A DNA stretch of 61,102 bases from Firmicutes bacterium UBA4975 (GTDB lineage: Bacteria; Bacillota; Proteinivoracia; UBA4975), in contig DGZR01000001.1 in NCBI GenBank assembly GCA_002397155.1, forward strand, positions 16,535-77,636, in the 5' to 3' direction. Position numbers and translations under genes: made by a program. Shown piece by piece: positions 26,062 to 35,931 of the stretch. Every line of letters begins with the position of its first letter. Positions within the stretch are counted from its first letter, which is position 1. Under the pieces are notes generated by a model, which was given only the letters and a program-made list of their open reading frames with translations, made no database searches and was not told where the DNA came from.

Positions 26062-27408
26062 ATGTTTTCCGGGAAAAAGGTAATTGTCTTGGGCGGGGCC
26101 AAGAGCGGCATCTCAGCAGCCCGGGTTTTAGTCGGGCTGGGGGCTGTCGTCACCCTGACCGACAAAATTCCCCTGCACCAGATGGCGGAGGGGGACCGCT
26201 CCGCCCTGCAAGAGCTTAATATTCGCCTGGTCACCGGCTCTCACCCCGGGGACCTGCTGACCGGCGCCGATTTAATTGTCAAAAATCCCGGGATTGCTCC
26301 TGACATAGACTTTCTCAAAGAGGCCCGAGAGCGGGGGGTGCCCTGGATCAGCGAACTCGAGCTGGCCTGGCTCATCACCGAAGCCGAGGTTGTGGCCATC
26401 ACCGGCACCAACGGCAAGACCACCACCACCGCCCTGACCGGGGAAATTCTGGCCCAGGGCCGCCGCCCGGTGGCCGTGGGGGGAAATATCGGCGTGCCCT
26501 TGACCAGCATCAGCTTGGGCAAGGGGCCCCAGTGGCTGCTGGTGGTTGAAGCCAGCAGTTTTCAGCTAGAGGACTGTTACCGGCTCCATCCCCGGGTGGC
26601 AATATTCACCAACCTGACCGAGGATCATCTCGACCGGCACGGGACGATGGCCGCCTACTTAGCCGCCAAAAAACGCCTGGTGCAAAACCAGACCAAGGAA
26701 GACTTTGTCATAGTCAATGAAGACGACCCCGTCCTGGCCGGAGAGGAGTTTGGCCCGGGCCAGCGGATCGGCTTTAGTCTCAGGCCCGGTGCCGCCGATT
26801 GCTGGGTGGAGGAGGGCTGGTTTTGCTGGCGGAACGAGAGAATCGCCCCTACCGGTGATCTGGCTCTGCCCGGCAGCCACAATCAAGAAAACGCCCTGGC
26901 CGGCCTGGCCGCCGCCCTGGTCTTGGGCTTGAAGCCCGAAGAAATCAGCCGGGGTTTGCGCAGTTTCGCCGGCGTCGAGCACCGACTGGAGTTTGTCGGA
27001 GAGGTCAGGGGCATTAAGTTTTACAACGATTCCAAGGCGACTAACCCGGACTCAACCAGCACCGCCCTCCATTCCTTTGGCAAGAAAGTGCTGCTCCTGG
27101 CGGGGGGATACGACAAAGGGGCGGATTTTGACAGCCTGGCCCCTCTTTTTCAAGAAAAGGTAAAGGGCCTCTTTACCTTTGGCGGCACCGGTGAAAAAAT
27201 CCGCCGCCAGGTCACCGGGGCAGGCTTTGGGGCTGTGACCCCCGCCCTGGACTTAGCCGATGCTTTTAACCAGGCCCTGGCTCGGGCAGAGGCAGGGGAT
27301 GTGATCCTCCTTTCCCCGGCCTGCGCCAGTTGGGACCAGTACGCCAATTTTGAAGAGCGGGGCAATCACTTTAAGGCCCTGGTCCGGGCTTTGGGAGAGA
27401 AACCTTGA
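26062..27408 (+). CDS. murD: UDP-N-acetylmuramoylalanine--D-glutamate ligase
   Basis: The ATG at 26062 lies after GGGGGAAAAAG. KKVIVLGGAKSG Rossmann N-terminus and GTNGKTTTT P-loop are present. The longer track ORF (25966) overlaps mraY and is rejected. Confidence 0.95.
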   Translation: MFSGKKVIVLGGAKSGISAARVLVGLGAVVTLTDKIPLHQMAEGDRSALQELNIRLVTGSHPGDLLTGADLIVKNPGIAPDIDFLKEARERGVPWISELELAWLITEAEVVAITGTNGKTTTTALTGEILAQGRRPVAVGGNIGVPLTSISLGKGPQWLLVVEASSFQLEDCYRLHPRVAIFTNLTEDHLDRHGTMAAYLAAKKRLVQNQTKEDFVIVNEDDPVLAGEEFGPGQRIGFSLRPGAADCWVEEGWFCWRNERIAPTGDLALPGSHNQENALAGLAAALVLGLKPEEISRGLRSFAGVEHRLEFVGEVRGIKFYNDSKATNPDSTSTALHSFGKKVLLLAGGYDKGADFDSLAPLFQEKVKGLFTFGGTGEKIRRQVTGAGFGAVTPALDLADAFNQALARAEAGDVILLSPACASWDQYANFEERGNHFKALVRALGEKP

Positions 27409-28511
27409 AACCCAGGCAGGGTCCCGACGCCCTGCTGCTCTTGGCTACTTTTTTACTTTTGGGGATTGGCCTGGTCATGGTCTACAGTTCCAGCTCTGTT
27501 TGGTCCCTCTATGAATTCAAGATTAGCTACCACTACCTGCGGCGGCAGGCGATTTTTGCCGGCCTGGGCCTGGTCGCCATGTTCTTTTTTACCCACTTTA
27601 ACTACCGGACTTGGCAGCGCTTGGTCAAAGCCGTGCTGGCTGTTAACCTGCTCTTGCTGATTATGGTTTTCATCCCCGGTATCGGCGTGGCCCGCACTGA
27701 TGCTCAGCGCTGGATCAACTTGGGCTTTGTTCAGTTTCAGCCCTCCGATGTGACGAAATTTGCCTTGGTCTTGTTCACTGCCAACTACTTGGTGGTGAAA
27801 AAGGATTACATACAGACTTTTAAACGGGGTCTCGTGCCGGTGCTGGTGGTCACCGCCCTCAACTTGGGCCTGATCATGGCCCAGCCCGACCTGGGGACCA
27901 CTTTGACAATACTGACGACGGTTTTTCTCCTCCTCTTTGGCGGAGGGGCACGGGTGTTGCATCTCGGCGGCTTGGTGGCCGGGGCCGGATCTTTGCTGGG
28001 ACTGGCGATGTTCATCTTTCCCGAAAAGCTGGCTTACCAGCTCAGCCGTTTGACTTCTTTTCTCGACCCCTGGGCCGACCCCGGCGGCAAGGGCTGGCAA
28101 ATCATTCAGTCCCTTCTGGCCATCGGCTCCGGCAGCCTGGGGGGTGTCGGCCTGGGGGCCAGCCGCCAAAAATTCTTGTACCTCCCCGAGCCCTGGAGCG
28201 ACTTTATTTACGCCATCATCTGCGAAGAGCTGGGCTTTATCGGCGGAGCGGCGGTGATCATCCTCTTTCTCATTCTCATCTGGCGGGGGTACCGCATCGC
28301 CATTTCCGCCCCGGATCTATTTGGCAAGTACTTGGCCATGGGGCTCACCACCCTCATCGCCGTACAGGTCTCGATAAACTTGGGGGTCGTCCTGGGCACT
28401 CTGCCCGTCACCGGCATCACCCTCCCCTTGCTCAGCTACGGCGGGACCTCTTTGATGATGACTCTTTCCTTTATCGGCGTTCTCCTCAACATATCGCGCT
28501 ACTCGGTATAG
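27405..28511 (+). CDS. ftsW: SEDS-family lipid II polymerase FtsW/SpoVE
   Basis: TTG start overlapping the murD stop. 10-TM SEDS pattern with QPSD..K, SDFIYAIICEELG and LPVTGITLPLLSYGGTS. Positionally equivalent to B. subtilis spoVE. Confidence 0.92.
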   Translation: MKPRQGPDALLLLATFLLLGIGLVMVYSSSSVWSLYEFKISYHYLRRQAIFAGLGLVAMFFFTHFNYRTWQRLVKAVLAVNLLLLIMVFIPGIGVARTDAQRWINLGFVQFQPSDVTKFALVLFTANYLVVKKDYIQTFKRGLVPVLVVTALNLGLIMAQPDLGTTLTILTTVFLLLFGGGARVLHLGGLVAGAGSLLGLAMFIFPEKLAYQLSRLTSFLDPWADPGGKGWQIIQSLLAIGSGSLGGVGLGASRQKFLYLPEPWSDFIYAIICEELGFIGGAAVIILFLILIWRGYRIAISAPDLFGKYLAMGLTTLIAVQVSINLGVVLGTLPVTGITLPLLSYGGTSLMMTLSFIGVLLNISRYSV

Positions 28512-28580
28512 GGACAAAAACACAGCCTTCCCCGGCTTTGCATACACTGTTTTAGCATGCTGACAGGAAGGGGAAGGGCT

Positions 28581-29846
28581 GTGGAACGTTATATAATTCA
28601 GGGTGGAAGACCGCTTTTTGGGGAGACGGTGGTCCAGGGTGCGAAGAATTCAGCCCTGCCGATAATGGCGGCCTGCATTCTAGGACCCGGTCTCAACGTA
28701 TTGGAAAATGTGCCGGCTTTGAGCGATGTGGCGGTAATGGTGGAGATTATGGAAACCATCGGGGCCCGGGTGGAATGGACCGGCCCCGGCCGGCTGGAGA
28801 TAGACTGTACCGATATCGACAACTGGGCCATATCCGACTGTTTGATGCGAAGGATGCGTTCCTCATTTATTGTGGTCGGGCCCCTCCTCAGCCGCCTGGG
28901 ACGGGTGCGGGTCACTTATCCCGGGGGCTGCGCCATCGGGACCCGGGCTATTGATCTGCACCTGCAAGGGCTGGAAAAGCTGGGCGTGGAAATCATCACC
29001 GGGCGGTCGGGCCAAATTGAATTTCGGGCCGATTCCCTGCGGGGTGCCTTTATCGATCTGGACATTCCCAGTGTGGGGGCGACGGAGAACATACTGATGG
29101 CCGCAGTCACCGCCCGGGGTACGACTTTGCTAAACAATCCCGCCCGGGAGCCGGAAATCGTCGATCTCCAAGCCTTTTTGAACAAACTGGGGGCCCGGGT
29201 CTCCGGGGCCGGCGGGGGCCAGATCACCATTGAAGGGGTGGAGAGCCTGCAGGCCGCCCGGCATGAAATCATTCCCGACCGGATTGTCGTGGGCACTTTG
29301 CTCCTGGCGGCGGCGGTTACCGGGGGCAGCATAACTCTCAACAAGGTAATCCCCGCCCACCTGTCAGTGGTCCTGGCTAAACTCTCAGACATGGGGGCCC
29401 AAATCCAGACTGGCAAGGATTGGATCTCCTTGGCCGCACCCCGGCGCTTGAGGGCGGTGGATAAGATCATTACCGCTCCCTTTCCGGGCTTTCCCACCGA
29501 CATGCAACCCCAGTTCATGGCCGCTCTGGCCTCGGCTCAAGGGGTGGGCATGCTCACCGAAAAGATCTTTGACGGACGCTTTAAGCACATCGATGAGCTC
29601 AGGCGAATGGGAGCAAACATCAGTGTGGACGGCCGCACCGCCATAATCCGCGGGGTAGACGCCCTGCGGGGTGCCAGCGTCGAAGCCACCGACCTTAGGG
29701 CCGGCGCCGCTTTGGCTATAGCCGCCTTGGCGGCGGAAGGAGTGACCCAGCTCAGTGGAGTAGGGCACATCGACCGGGGCTACGTCGCCTTTGATCAGCA
29801 GTTGGCAGCCTTGGGCGCTCGGATAACGAAGGAAAAGGAGGCATGA
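28581..29846 (+). CDS. murA: UDP-N-acetylglucosamine 1-carboxyvinyltransferase
   Basis: GTG at 28581 after GGAAGGGGAAGGG. GAKNSALPIMAA and the GGCAIGTRAIDLH catalytic Cys loop are present. Confidence 0.93.
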   Translation: MERYIIQGGRPLFGETVVQGAKNSALPIMAACILGPGLNVLENVPALSDVAVMVEIMETIGARVEWTGPGRLEIDCTDIDNWAISDCLMRRMRSSFIVVGPLLSRLGRVRVTYPGGCAIGTRAIDLHLQGLEKLGVEIITGRSGQIEFRADSLRGAFIDLDIPSVGATENILMAAVTARGTTLLNNPAREPEIVDLQAFLNKLGARVSGAGGGQITIEGVESLQAARHEIIPDRIVVGTLLLAAAVTGGSITLNKVIPAHLSVVLAKLSDMGAQIQTGKDWISLAAPRRLRAVDKIITAPFPGFPTDMQPQFMAALASAQGVGMLTEKIFDGRFKHIDELRRMGANISVDGRTAIIRGVDALRGASVEATDLRAGAALAIAALAAEGVTQLSGVGHIDRGYVAFDQQLAALGARITKEKEA

Positions 29847-30598
29847 GGATGCAGCCCGACAATGTATACAACTTTAGGGCCAGGACAGAGAAAAAGAAGC
29901 TGAGCCCCCTCTTTGCCTGCCTGCTTTTTTCCTTTGTTATCGTCGCCCTCGTCGCTTACTACCTGGCCTCGCCCCTGGCCAGGTTAGACAAGGTGGAGGT
30001 GCAGGGTACTTCCCACCTGGACTCTGACCAGCTCCGGGAGCTGGCAGGGCTGGAAAAGGGAATGCATTACTGGCGCATAAGTCTTGGCTCCTGCAGGGAC
30101 AAGCTGTCAGCCAATCCTTGGCTGGCCGCGGTCAATATCCGCCGCCGCTGGCCAAACCATTTGAGCATCCGGGTGGAGGAGAGGGTGGGTCTGGCCGTCC
30201 TGATGAGTGAAGAGAAGAACTGGGTGGTGGCTGAGGACAGGGTCATCCTGGCGGAGAACCAGGGCTTTTCCCTGCCCTGGCTCACCGGCCTTACCCTGGG
30301 CGACCTTGGCCCCGGCGATAGGGTGGAAGGGCGGGTTCCCGAGCTAGCCCTGGCCTGGGCGGCCGCTTTTGCCCCCGTGGCCTCCCAAGTTTCGGAAATA
30401 AGCTTTGCCGAGTACCCCACGGTTATCTCCATCTACACCACCGACGGCTACAAAGCGCTATTCAATTCCTCCGCCCAGCCGGGGGATTCTATCGGGGACT
30501 TTGCCCTGCTTTTGGAAGAATTGAGAAGGGCAAAGCGCAAGGGGATAATCGATTTCAGGGGTTTGCAGGGCCGGGGAGTTTTTATCCCCTGGCCCTAA
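29843..30598 (+). CDS. ftsQ: Cell division protein FtsQ/DivIB
   Basis: The start overlaps the murA stop. Single TM segment followed by a POTRA-type region (V.V.G....S...). Position is before ftsA. Confidence 0.85.
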   Translation: MRMQPDNVYNFRARTEKKKLSPLFACLLFSFVIVALVAYYLASPLARLDKVEVQGTSHLDSDQLRELAGLEKGMHYWRISLGSCRDKLSANPWLAAVNIRRRWPNHLSIRVEERVGLAVLMSEEKNWVVAEDRVILAENQGFSLPWLTGLTLGDLGPGDRVEGRVPELALAWAAAFAPVASQVSEISFAEYPTVISIYTTDGYKALFNSSAQPGDSIGDFALLLEELRRAKRKGIIDFRGLQGRGVFIPWP

Positions 30599-30693
30599 GG
30601 AAGAGGGGGCAAATATTCCCGGCTATAAAAAAAGGGAAAAGGGCGGGCCTTGTGGAATTTAGAAATACAGGATGAGGGCGGGGGTGTACATAA

Positions 30694-31911
30694 TTGGCAA
30701 AAAGCAATTTAATCTGCAGTTTGGATATCGGCACAACCAATACCCGCGCAATAGTCGGAGAACTTGACCGGGACGGGTCATTGAGCATAATCGGCATCGG
30801 TCAGAGCAAGTCCACCGGCCTGAAAAAAGGGATTATAATCGACATAGAGGCAACGGTGCGCGGAATCACCGACGCGGTGAGCCAGGCCGAGCGGATGATC
30901 GGCGAAAATCTGGACAGCGTTTTCCTGGGCGTAGGCGGCCCCCAGACCGCCCTCTTGCCCAATAAAGGAGTGGTGGCTGTCCAGGGTGAGCAAAGAGAGG
31001 TGTCCGCCAACGATGTGGACAGAGTGATCGCCGCCGCCCAGGTCTTGGCCATTCCCCCGGAACGAGAAGTCATAAATGTCAGTCCGCTTTCGTACATTGT
31101 CGACGGGTATGAAGGGATTAAGGACCCCGTGGGCATGATCGGTGTGCGCCTGGAAGCGGACGCTTTAATTGTCACCGGCAAAGCTACCTACCTGCAAAAT
31201 ATCAGGCGCTGTGTCGAGCGGGCCGGCCTGGAAATCAACGGCATGATCTTCAAGGGCCTTTCTACTCCGGCCCTGGCCCTCTCGGCGGACGAAAGAGAAC
31301 TGGGTTGTGCCCTGGTGGATATCGGCGGGGGCGTGGCCGAGGTTTCGGTGTACATGCACGACACTCTTTTGAGTTTTGCTTCGGTGCCCCAGGGGGGAGA
31401 CTTGGTAACCCAAGATTTGGCCCACGGCCTCAGGGTGCCTATTTCCCAAGCCGAGCAGATCAAGCTGCTCTATGGGGCGGCCACCGCCGAAAAGAGCGGC
31501 AACACCACCTTCAAGATTGAAACAGTCGGCGCTACCCAGGCCACCGAGGTCGACTCTGCCGAGCTGGTCCAATACATACAGCCCCGGGTTGAAGAGACCT
31601 TTGACTGCATCCGCAACGAACTGATCAAGGCCGGCTTTGATAAGCCCCCGGCGGGGGGACTGGTCCTGACCGGTGGCGCCAGCCAGCTTCCCGGCCTCAC
31701 CGACGTGGCGGCCAAAAAATTAGGGGCCAATGTCAGGGTGTACCGTCCCCGTCAAATTGGGGTGACAGACCCCTCCTTTACCGCCAGCACCGCCGTCCTG
31801 TTCTTTGCCTCCCGGGTCAACCCGGCTATCCTGCAAAAACAGGCCCGGAGCGGCAAGTCACCACGGTTTATTGAACGAATCAAGTCCTTTATCGCAGAAT
31901 TCTTCGGCTAG
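30694..31911 (+). CDS. ftsA: Cell division protein FtsA
   Basis: TTG start with no in-frame ATG alternative. SLDIGTTNTRAIVGE and VDIGGGVAEVSVY actin-fold motifs are present. Confidence 0.95.
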   Translation: MAKSNLICSLDIGTTNTRAIVGELDRDGSLSIIGIGQSKSTGLKKGIIIDIEATVRGITDAVSQAERMIGENLDSVFLGVGGPQTALLPNKGVVAVQGEQREVSANDVDRVIAAAQVLAIPPEREVINVSPLSYIVDGYEGIKDPVGMIGVRLEADALIVTGKATYLQNIRRCVERAGLEINGMIFKGLSTPALALSADERELGCALVDIGGGVAEVSVYMHDTLLSFASVPQGGDLVTQDLAHGLRVPISQAEQIKLLYGAATAEKSGNTTFKIETVGATQATEVDSAELVQYIQPRVEETFDCIRNELIKAGFDKPPAGGLVLTGGASQLPGLTDVAAKKLGANVRVYRPRQIGVTDPSFTASTAVLFFASRVNPAILQKQARSGKSPRFIERIKSFIAEFFG

Positions 31912-31929
31912 GAAGGGAGGCGTCGGTTT

Positions 31930-32976
31930 TTGGCAGATTATTTTGATGTTGAAATTGAACAGTATGCCCGCATAAAGGTCATCGGCGTGGGGGGTGGCGG
32001 CAGCAACGCCGTCAACCGCATGGTGGAGGCGGGGGTGCAGGGAGTGGAATTTATCGCGGTCAATACCGACGCCCAGGCTCTGCATATGTCCTGCGCCGAC
32101 GTAAAACTCCAGATCGGGTCCAAGCTGACCAAGGGCTTGGGGGCCGGGGCTAATCCCGAAGTTGGCCGCAAGGCCGCCGAGGAGAGCATGGAAGAGCTAA
32201 AAAAACAGATTGCCGGAGCGGACATGGTCTTTGTCACCGCCGGCATGGGCGGCGGCACCGGCACCGGCGCCGCCCCAATTGTGGCCGAGCTGGCCAAGGA
32301 GGCCGGGGCCCTTACCGTGGGTGTCGTGACCAAGCCCTTTTCCTTTGAGGGGCGCCGGCGGGAACTGTTTGCCGTCAAGGGCATCGAACTCCTCCGGGAC
32401 AAGGTGGATACCCTGATCGTCATACCCAACGACCGGCTCTACCAGGTAGTCGAGGAGCGGACCCCGATCATGGAGGCTTTTCGCATCGCCGACGACGTCT
32501 TGCGCCAGGGTGTCCAAGGCCTTTCCGACCTCATAACCACCTCCGGCCTGATCAACCTGGACTTTGCCGACGTGCAGACGATAATGAAGGAGACGGGATC
32601 GGCCCTGATGGGCATCGGCCGGGCCAAGGGGGAAAACCGGGCCGCCGACGCCGCCAAGCTGGCTACCGCCAGTCCCCTCCTGGAGACCTCCATCGCCGGA
32701 GCCAAGGGGGTCATCCTCAACATTACCGGCGGGGCCGATCTGAGCATGTTTGAAGCGGGGGAAGCGGCCAGGATCATCAAGGAGCAGGCCGACAAAGACG
32801 TCAACTTGATTTACGGCTTAGTCATCAATCCCCAGATGCAAGACGAGGTCAGCGTCACGGTAATCGCCACCGGCATCGACACCGGAGGGGGCGTCCGAGG
32901 ACCGGAAGGCTGGCAGCCCACCGAACAGCCCGCCGAAGATATCGACATCCCCGCTTACCTGCGCCGAAAGAGATAA
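31930..32976 (+). CDS. ftsZ: Cell division protein FtsZ
   Basis: TTG start 9 nt after [27 protein letters not shown] and [12 protein letters not shown] tubulin signature are present, with the C-terminal [11 protein letters not shown] peptide. Confidence 0.97.
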   Translation: MADYFDVEIEQYARIKVIGVGGGGSNAVNRMVEAGVQGVEFIAVNTDAQALHMSCADVKLQIGSKLTKGLGAGANPEVGRKAAEESMEELKKQIAGADMVFVTAGMGGGTGTGAAPIVAELAKEAGALTVGVVTKPFSFEGRRRELFAVKGIELLRDKVDTLIVIPNDRLYQVVEERTPIMEAFRIADDVLRQGVQGLSDLITTSGLINLDFADVQTIMKETGSALMGIGRAKGENRAADAAKLATASPLLETSIAGAKGVILNITGGADLSMFEAGEAARIIKEQADKDVNLIYGLVINPQMQDEVSVTVIATGIDTGGGVRGPEGWQPTEQPAEDIDIPAYLRRKR

Positions 32977-32987
32977 ATACAATTTTA

Positions 32988-33018
32988 ACCGTTGACCAAG
33001 CTGGTCGGCGGTTTTTTT
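32988..33018 (+). terminator. Rho-independent terminator after ftsZ
   Basis: ACCGTTGACCA / AGC / TGGTCGGCGGT (11 pairs including two G-U) followed by T7. Confidence 0.75.
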
Positions 33019-33038
33019 CTCTAGTCCCCTCCCCTCAT

Positions 33039-33072
33039 TTGACAAATTTCGCCCCCGCCCATTTGGTAGTAT
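33039..33072 (+). promoter_or_regulatory. spoIIG-style promoter candidate with a 22-bp spacer
   Basis: TTGACA (33039-33044), 22 nt, TAGTAT (33067-33072). This mimics the unusual geometry of the Spo0A-dependent B. subtilis spoIIG promoter. The -10 lies very close to the SD, which weakens the call. Confidence 0.3.
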
Positions 33073-33088
33073 GGGAGGGGGTGTTTCC

Positions 33089-33967
33089 TTGGCCGTCTAC
33101 CTTGACTTGCTGGCCCTCATCAATTTTGCCTTTAATTTTGCCCTTTTGGCCGCTTCGGGCTGGTTGGGGCTTGAACAGTTCAACCTTGGCCGCTACGCAG
33201 CTTCCGCCTTGGCGGGAACGGTTTTTTGGTTCATATTTTTCTTTTCTCCCCAATACATATTAATTAATTGGCTCTGCCGGGCGGCCGGTGGACTGGCTAT
33301 GGCTTGGATTGCCTGGCGTCCCGCCGGATTTAAGGGCCTTTTCACCCGCTGCTTTACCGTCCTGGTGGTGGGGCAACTGGTGGGAGGCGGGATATACAGC
33401 CTGCTCTACTGCCTGGAGGGGGACATCTTGGGCCGTCCCGGCGGGGTCTCCCTGGGCCTGGCGGCGGCGGGCGGGGGGCTGGGGCTGGCCGTGGCGGCTT
33501 GGTGGGCGGGGCGAATTCATCGCTCCAGACACTTGGCCTCCCACCTGGGCCAGGTCACTGTCACCTGGGGGGAAAGGACGGTTTCTTTCTCGGCCCTGCT
33601 GGATTCGGGCAACACCCTTCGCCACCCTTTGAGCAGTTGGCCGGTGGTCCTCCTGAAGAGGCGGGCGGCGGCCAGGCTCTTGGAAGAAGATCTGCTCTCC
33701 TGGTTAGAGAGCCCCCTGGCGGAACCTCCCTCCCGGGTGGAAACCCGGGTAGCGCTGATTCCCTTTGTCACCCTGGGGGGGCAGGGGCTGCTGGGGGCCC
33801 TCAGGCCGGACCGCTTGACAGTAGCCCTGGCCGGCCGGAGCAGGGAGCTGACCCAGGTATACATTGCCCTGGAAGAAAAAGGGCGGCTACCCTTGGAGTA
33901 CGAAGCTCTGGCTTTTCCAATTGACGGGGAAAAGGAGGATGGACAAAAATTCGAAAGATGTGGATGA
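33089..33967 (+). CDS. spoIIGA: Sigma-E processing aspartic peptidase SpoIIGA
   Basis: The TTG at 33089 lies 7 nt after GGGAGGGGG and gives [20 protein letters not shown], which aligns with B. subtilis MKIYLDVIWLLNFCFD. It has five TM segments and the [11 protein letters not shown] active-site motif. The track start at 33071 has no SD. Confidence 0.9.
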   Translation: MAVYLDLLALINFAFNFALLAASGWLGLEQFNLGRYAASALAGTVFWFIFFFSPQYILINWLCRAAGGLAMAWIAWRPAGFKGLFTRCFTVLVVGQLVGGGIYSLLYCLEGDILGRPGGVSLGLAAAGGGLGLAVAAWWAGRIHRSRHLASHLGQVTVTWGERTVSFSALLDSGNTLRHPLSSWPVVLLKRRAAARLLEEDLLSWLESPLAEPPSRVETRVALIPFVTLGGQGLLGALRPDRLTVALAGRSRELTQVYIALEEKGRLPLEYEALAFPIDGEKEDGQKFERCG

Positions 33968-34677
33968 AACTGCGCTGGGAAATCACTTTGACCATTGCCA
34001 AAGTCCTGGACGCCCTGGGTCTGGGGCGGGAGCTGATGTTTGTCGGCAGCAACGAGGCGCTGCCTCCGCCCCTTTCTCTCGACGAGGAACAGTACTTGAT
34101 CGGCAAGCTCAGCCAGGGGGAACAGTATGTAAAGCGCATACTGATTGAACGCAACCTGCGCTTGGTGGTGTACATAGCCCGTAAATTTGACAACACCGGC
34201 ATCGGCCTGGAGGACTTGGCTTCGATCGGCACCATCGGCCTGATCAAGGCCGTCAATACCTTTGACCCGGCAAAAAAGATCAAGCTGGCCACCTACGCCT
34301 CCAAGTGCATTGAAAACGAAATCCTCATGTACCTGCGCCGCAACAACAAGCTCAGGGCAGAAGTGTCCTTTGACGAACCCCTGAACGTGGACTGGGACGG
34401 CAACGAACTGCTCCTCAGCGACGTTTTGGGCACCGAGCCCGATGTGATCTACCGGGACTTAGAACACCAGGTCAACAAAAAACTCCTGCTGGGGGCTTTG
34501 GAAAAACTGACTTCCCGGGAGAGGCGAATCATGGAGCTGCGCTTTGGCCTGGGGGACGGGCGGGAACGCACGCAAAAGCAGGTGGCGGAGCACCTGGGCA
34601 TTTCCCAGTCCTACATCTCCCGCCTGGAAAAGCGGATAATCCTCCGCCTGAAAAAGGAGATGGCAAAATTAGGTTGA
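33958..34677 (+). CDS. sigE: Sporulation sigma factor SigE (pro-sigma-E)
   Basis: The pro-sequence plus [16 protein letters not shown]...[17 protein letters not shown] is near-identical in pattern to B. subtilis pro-sigma-E. Confidence 0.97.
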   Translation: MWMKLRWEITLTIAKVLDALGLGRELMFVGSNEALPPPLSLDEEQYLIGKLSQGEQYVKRILIERNLRLVVYIARKFDNTGIGLEDLASIGTIGLIKAVNTFDPAKKIKLATYASKCIENEILMYLRRNNKLRAEVSFDEPLNVDWDGNELLLSDVLGTEPDVIYRDLEHQVNKKLLLGALEKLTSRERRIMELRFGLGDGRERTQKQVAEHLGISQSYISRLEKRIILRLKKEMAKLG

Positions 34678-34687
34678 TTTTCCCTTC

Positions 34688-34716
34688 GCATATTTATATT
34701 GGCCCGGGAGATACTT
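34688..34716 (+). promoter_or_regulatory. Forespore (sigma-F/G-type) promoter candidate for sigG
   Basis: GCATA (34688-34692), 17 nt, GATACTT (34710-34716). This matches 5 of 7 positions of CATXHTA. The predicted TSS lies upstream of the SD GGGGAGGG. Partial match only. Confidence 0.3.
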
Positions 34717-34751
34717 AGTCCTGTACTGGCACCAATTCGGGGAGGGCACAC

Positions 34752-35540
34752 ATGATCAACAAAGTTGAAATATGCGGGGTCAACACTGCGAAGCTGCCAG
34801 TTTTAAAAAATCCCCAGATGCGCAAGCTCTTTGTCGCCATGCAGGGCGGGGATTACCCGGCCCGTCAAGAACTGATCAACGGCAATTTGCGCCTGGTCCT
34901 GAGCGTCATTCAACGTTTCAACAACCGGGGAGAATGTGTCGACGACCTCTTCCAGGTAGGGTGCATCGGCCTGATCAAGGCCATAGATAATTTTGATCTG
35001 AGCCACAACGTCAAGTTTTCCACCTATGCCGTGCCCATGATAATCGGGGAAATCCGCCGCTACCTCAGGGACAATAATCCAATCCGGGTAAGCCGTTCCC
35101 TCCGGGACGTGGCGTACAAAGCCCTGCAAGCCCGGGACGAGTTGATTTATAAAAACTCTCGGGAGCCTTCTCTATCCGAAATCGCCGAAACCCTCGGGGT
35201 AAAGCGCGAAGAAGTAGTCTTTGCCCTCGATGCGATTCAAGAACCGGTGTCCCTCTTTGAACCGATTTACCACGACGGGGGCGACCCGATCTTTGTCATG
35301 GATCAGATCGGCGACGGGCGGCAGAGCGACAAAGTATGGCTTGAAGAAATTGCCCTGAAAGAAGCGCTCCAGCGCTTGAATGAGCGGGAAAAATCCATTT
35401 TAAACCTGCGTTTTTTTGACGGCAAGACCCAGATGGAGGTGGCCGAGGAGATCGGCATTTCCCAAGCCCAAGTCTCCCGGTTAGAAAAGGCAGCCCTAAA
35501 AAATCTGCGCAAGTACGTTAAAGAAGAACCCCTGAACTGA
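34752..35540 (+). CDS. sigG: Sporulation sigma factor SigG
   Basis: NKVEICGVNTAKLPVLKN..MRKLF...NGNLRLVLSVIQRFNNRGE.VDDLFQVGCIGL matches B. subtilis SigG almost residue for residue. Confidence 0.97.
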   Translation: MINKVEICGVNTAKLPVLKNPQMRKLFVAMQGGDYPARQELINGNLRLVLSVIQRFNNRGECVDDLFQVGCIGLIKAIDNFDLSHNVKFSTYAVPMIIGEIRRYLRDNNPIRVSRSLRDVAYKALQARDELIYKNSREPSLSEIAETLGVKREEVVFALDAIQEPVSLFEPIYHDGGDPIFVMDQIGDGRQSDKVWLEEIALKEALQRLNEREKSILNLRFFDGKTQMEVAEEIGISQAQVSRLEKAALKNLRKYVKEEPLN

Positions 35541-35562
35541 GGAAAAGTTCGGGGGTTTTTTC
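35528..35562 (+). terminator. Rho-independent terminator after sigG
   Basis: AACCCCTGAACT / GAGGAAA / AGTTCGGGGGTT followed by a T-run. The left arm overlaps the sigG stop. Confidence 0.7.
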
Positions 35563-35609
35563 GTCTTTATCGGGGTCCCTTTCATAGATTATTAAGGGGG
35601 GGAGGGGAA

Positions 35610-35867
35610 ATGAAAATTTCCGACCTGCGTTCGATGCGGATTGTCAACATGGCCGACGGCAAAATCCTGGGCAAAATAGCGGACTTGGTCATGGATGTGA
35701 CCAAGGGCTATGTAAAGGCCATCGTCATGCCCGGGGACAGCAAGTGGCCGATCTTCTGGAGCAGCGACCGGGAAGTTGAAGTGCCCTGGGAGAACATCAA
35801 AAAAATCGGCCGGGATGTCATCATCGTCGACATGCCCCTGGCCTGGGCGCAAAAAGAAAAAGAATAA
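35610..35867 (+). CDS. YlmC/YmxH-family sporulation protein (PRC-barrel)
   Basis: 85 aa. MKISDLRSMRIVNMADGKILGKI.DL and PWENIKKIG.DVIIV are present. SD is GGGGGGAGGGG. Confidence 0.9.
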   Translation: MKISDLRSMRIVNMADGKILGKIADLVMDVTKGYVKAIVMPGDSKWPIFWSSDREVEVPWENIKKIGRDVIIVDMPLAWAQKEKE

Positions 35868-35931
35868 AGGCATATCCCCAGTCCGGCGGGGGATTTGGGG
35901 GCATATAGTGTAGGGAAAGGGGGAGGCAGCA

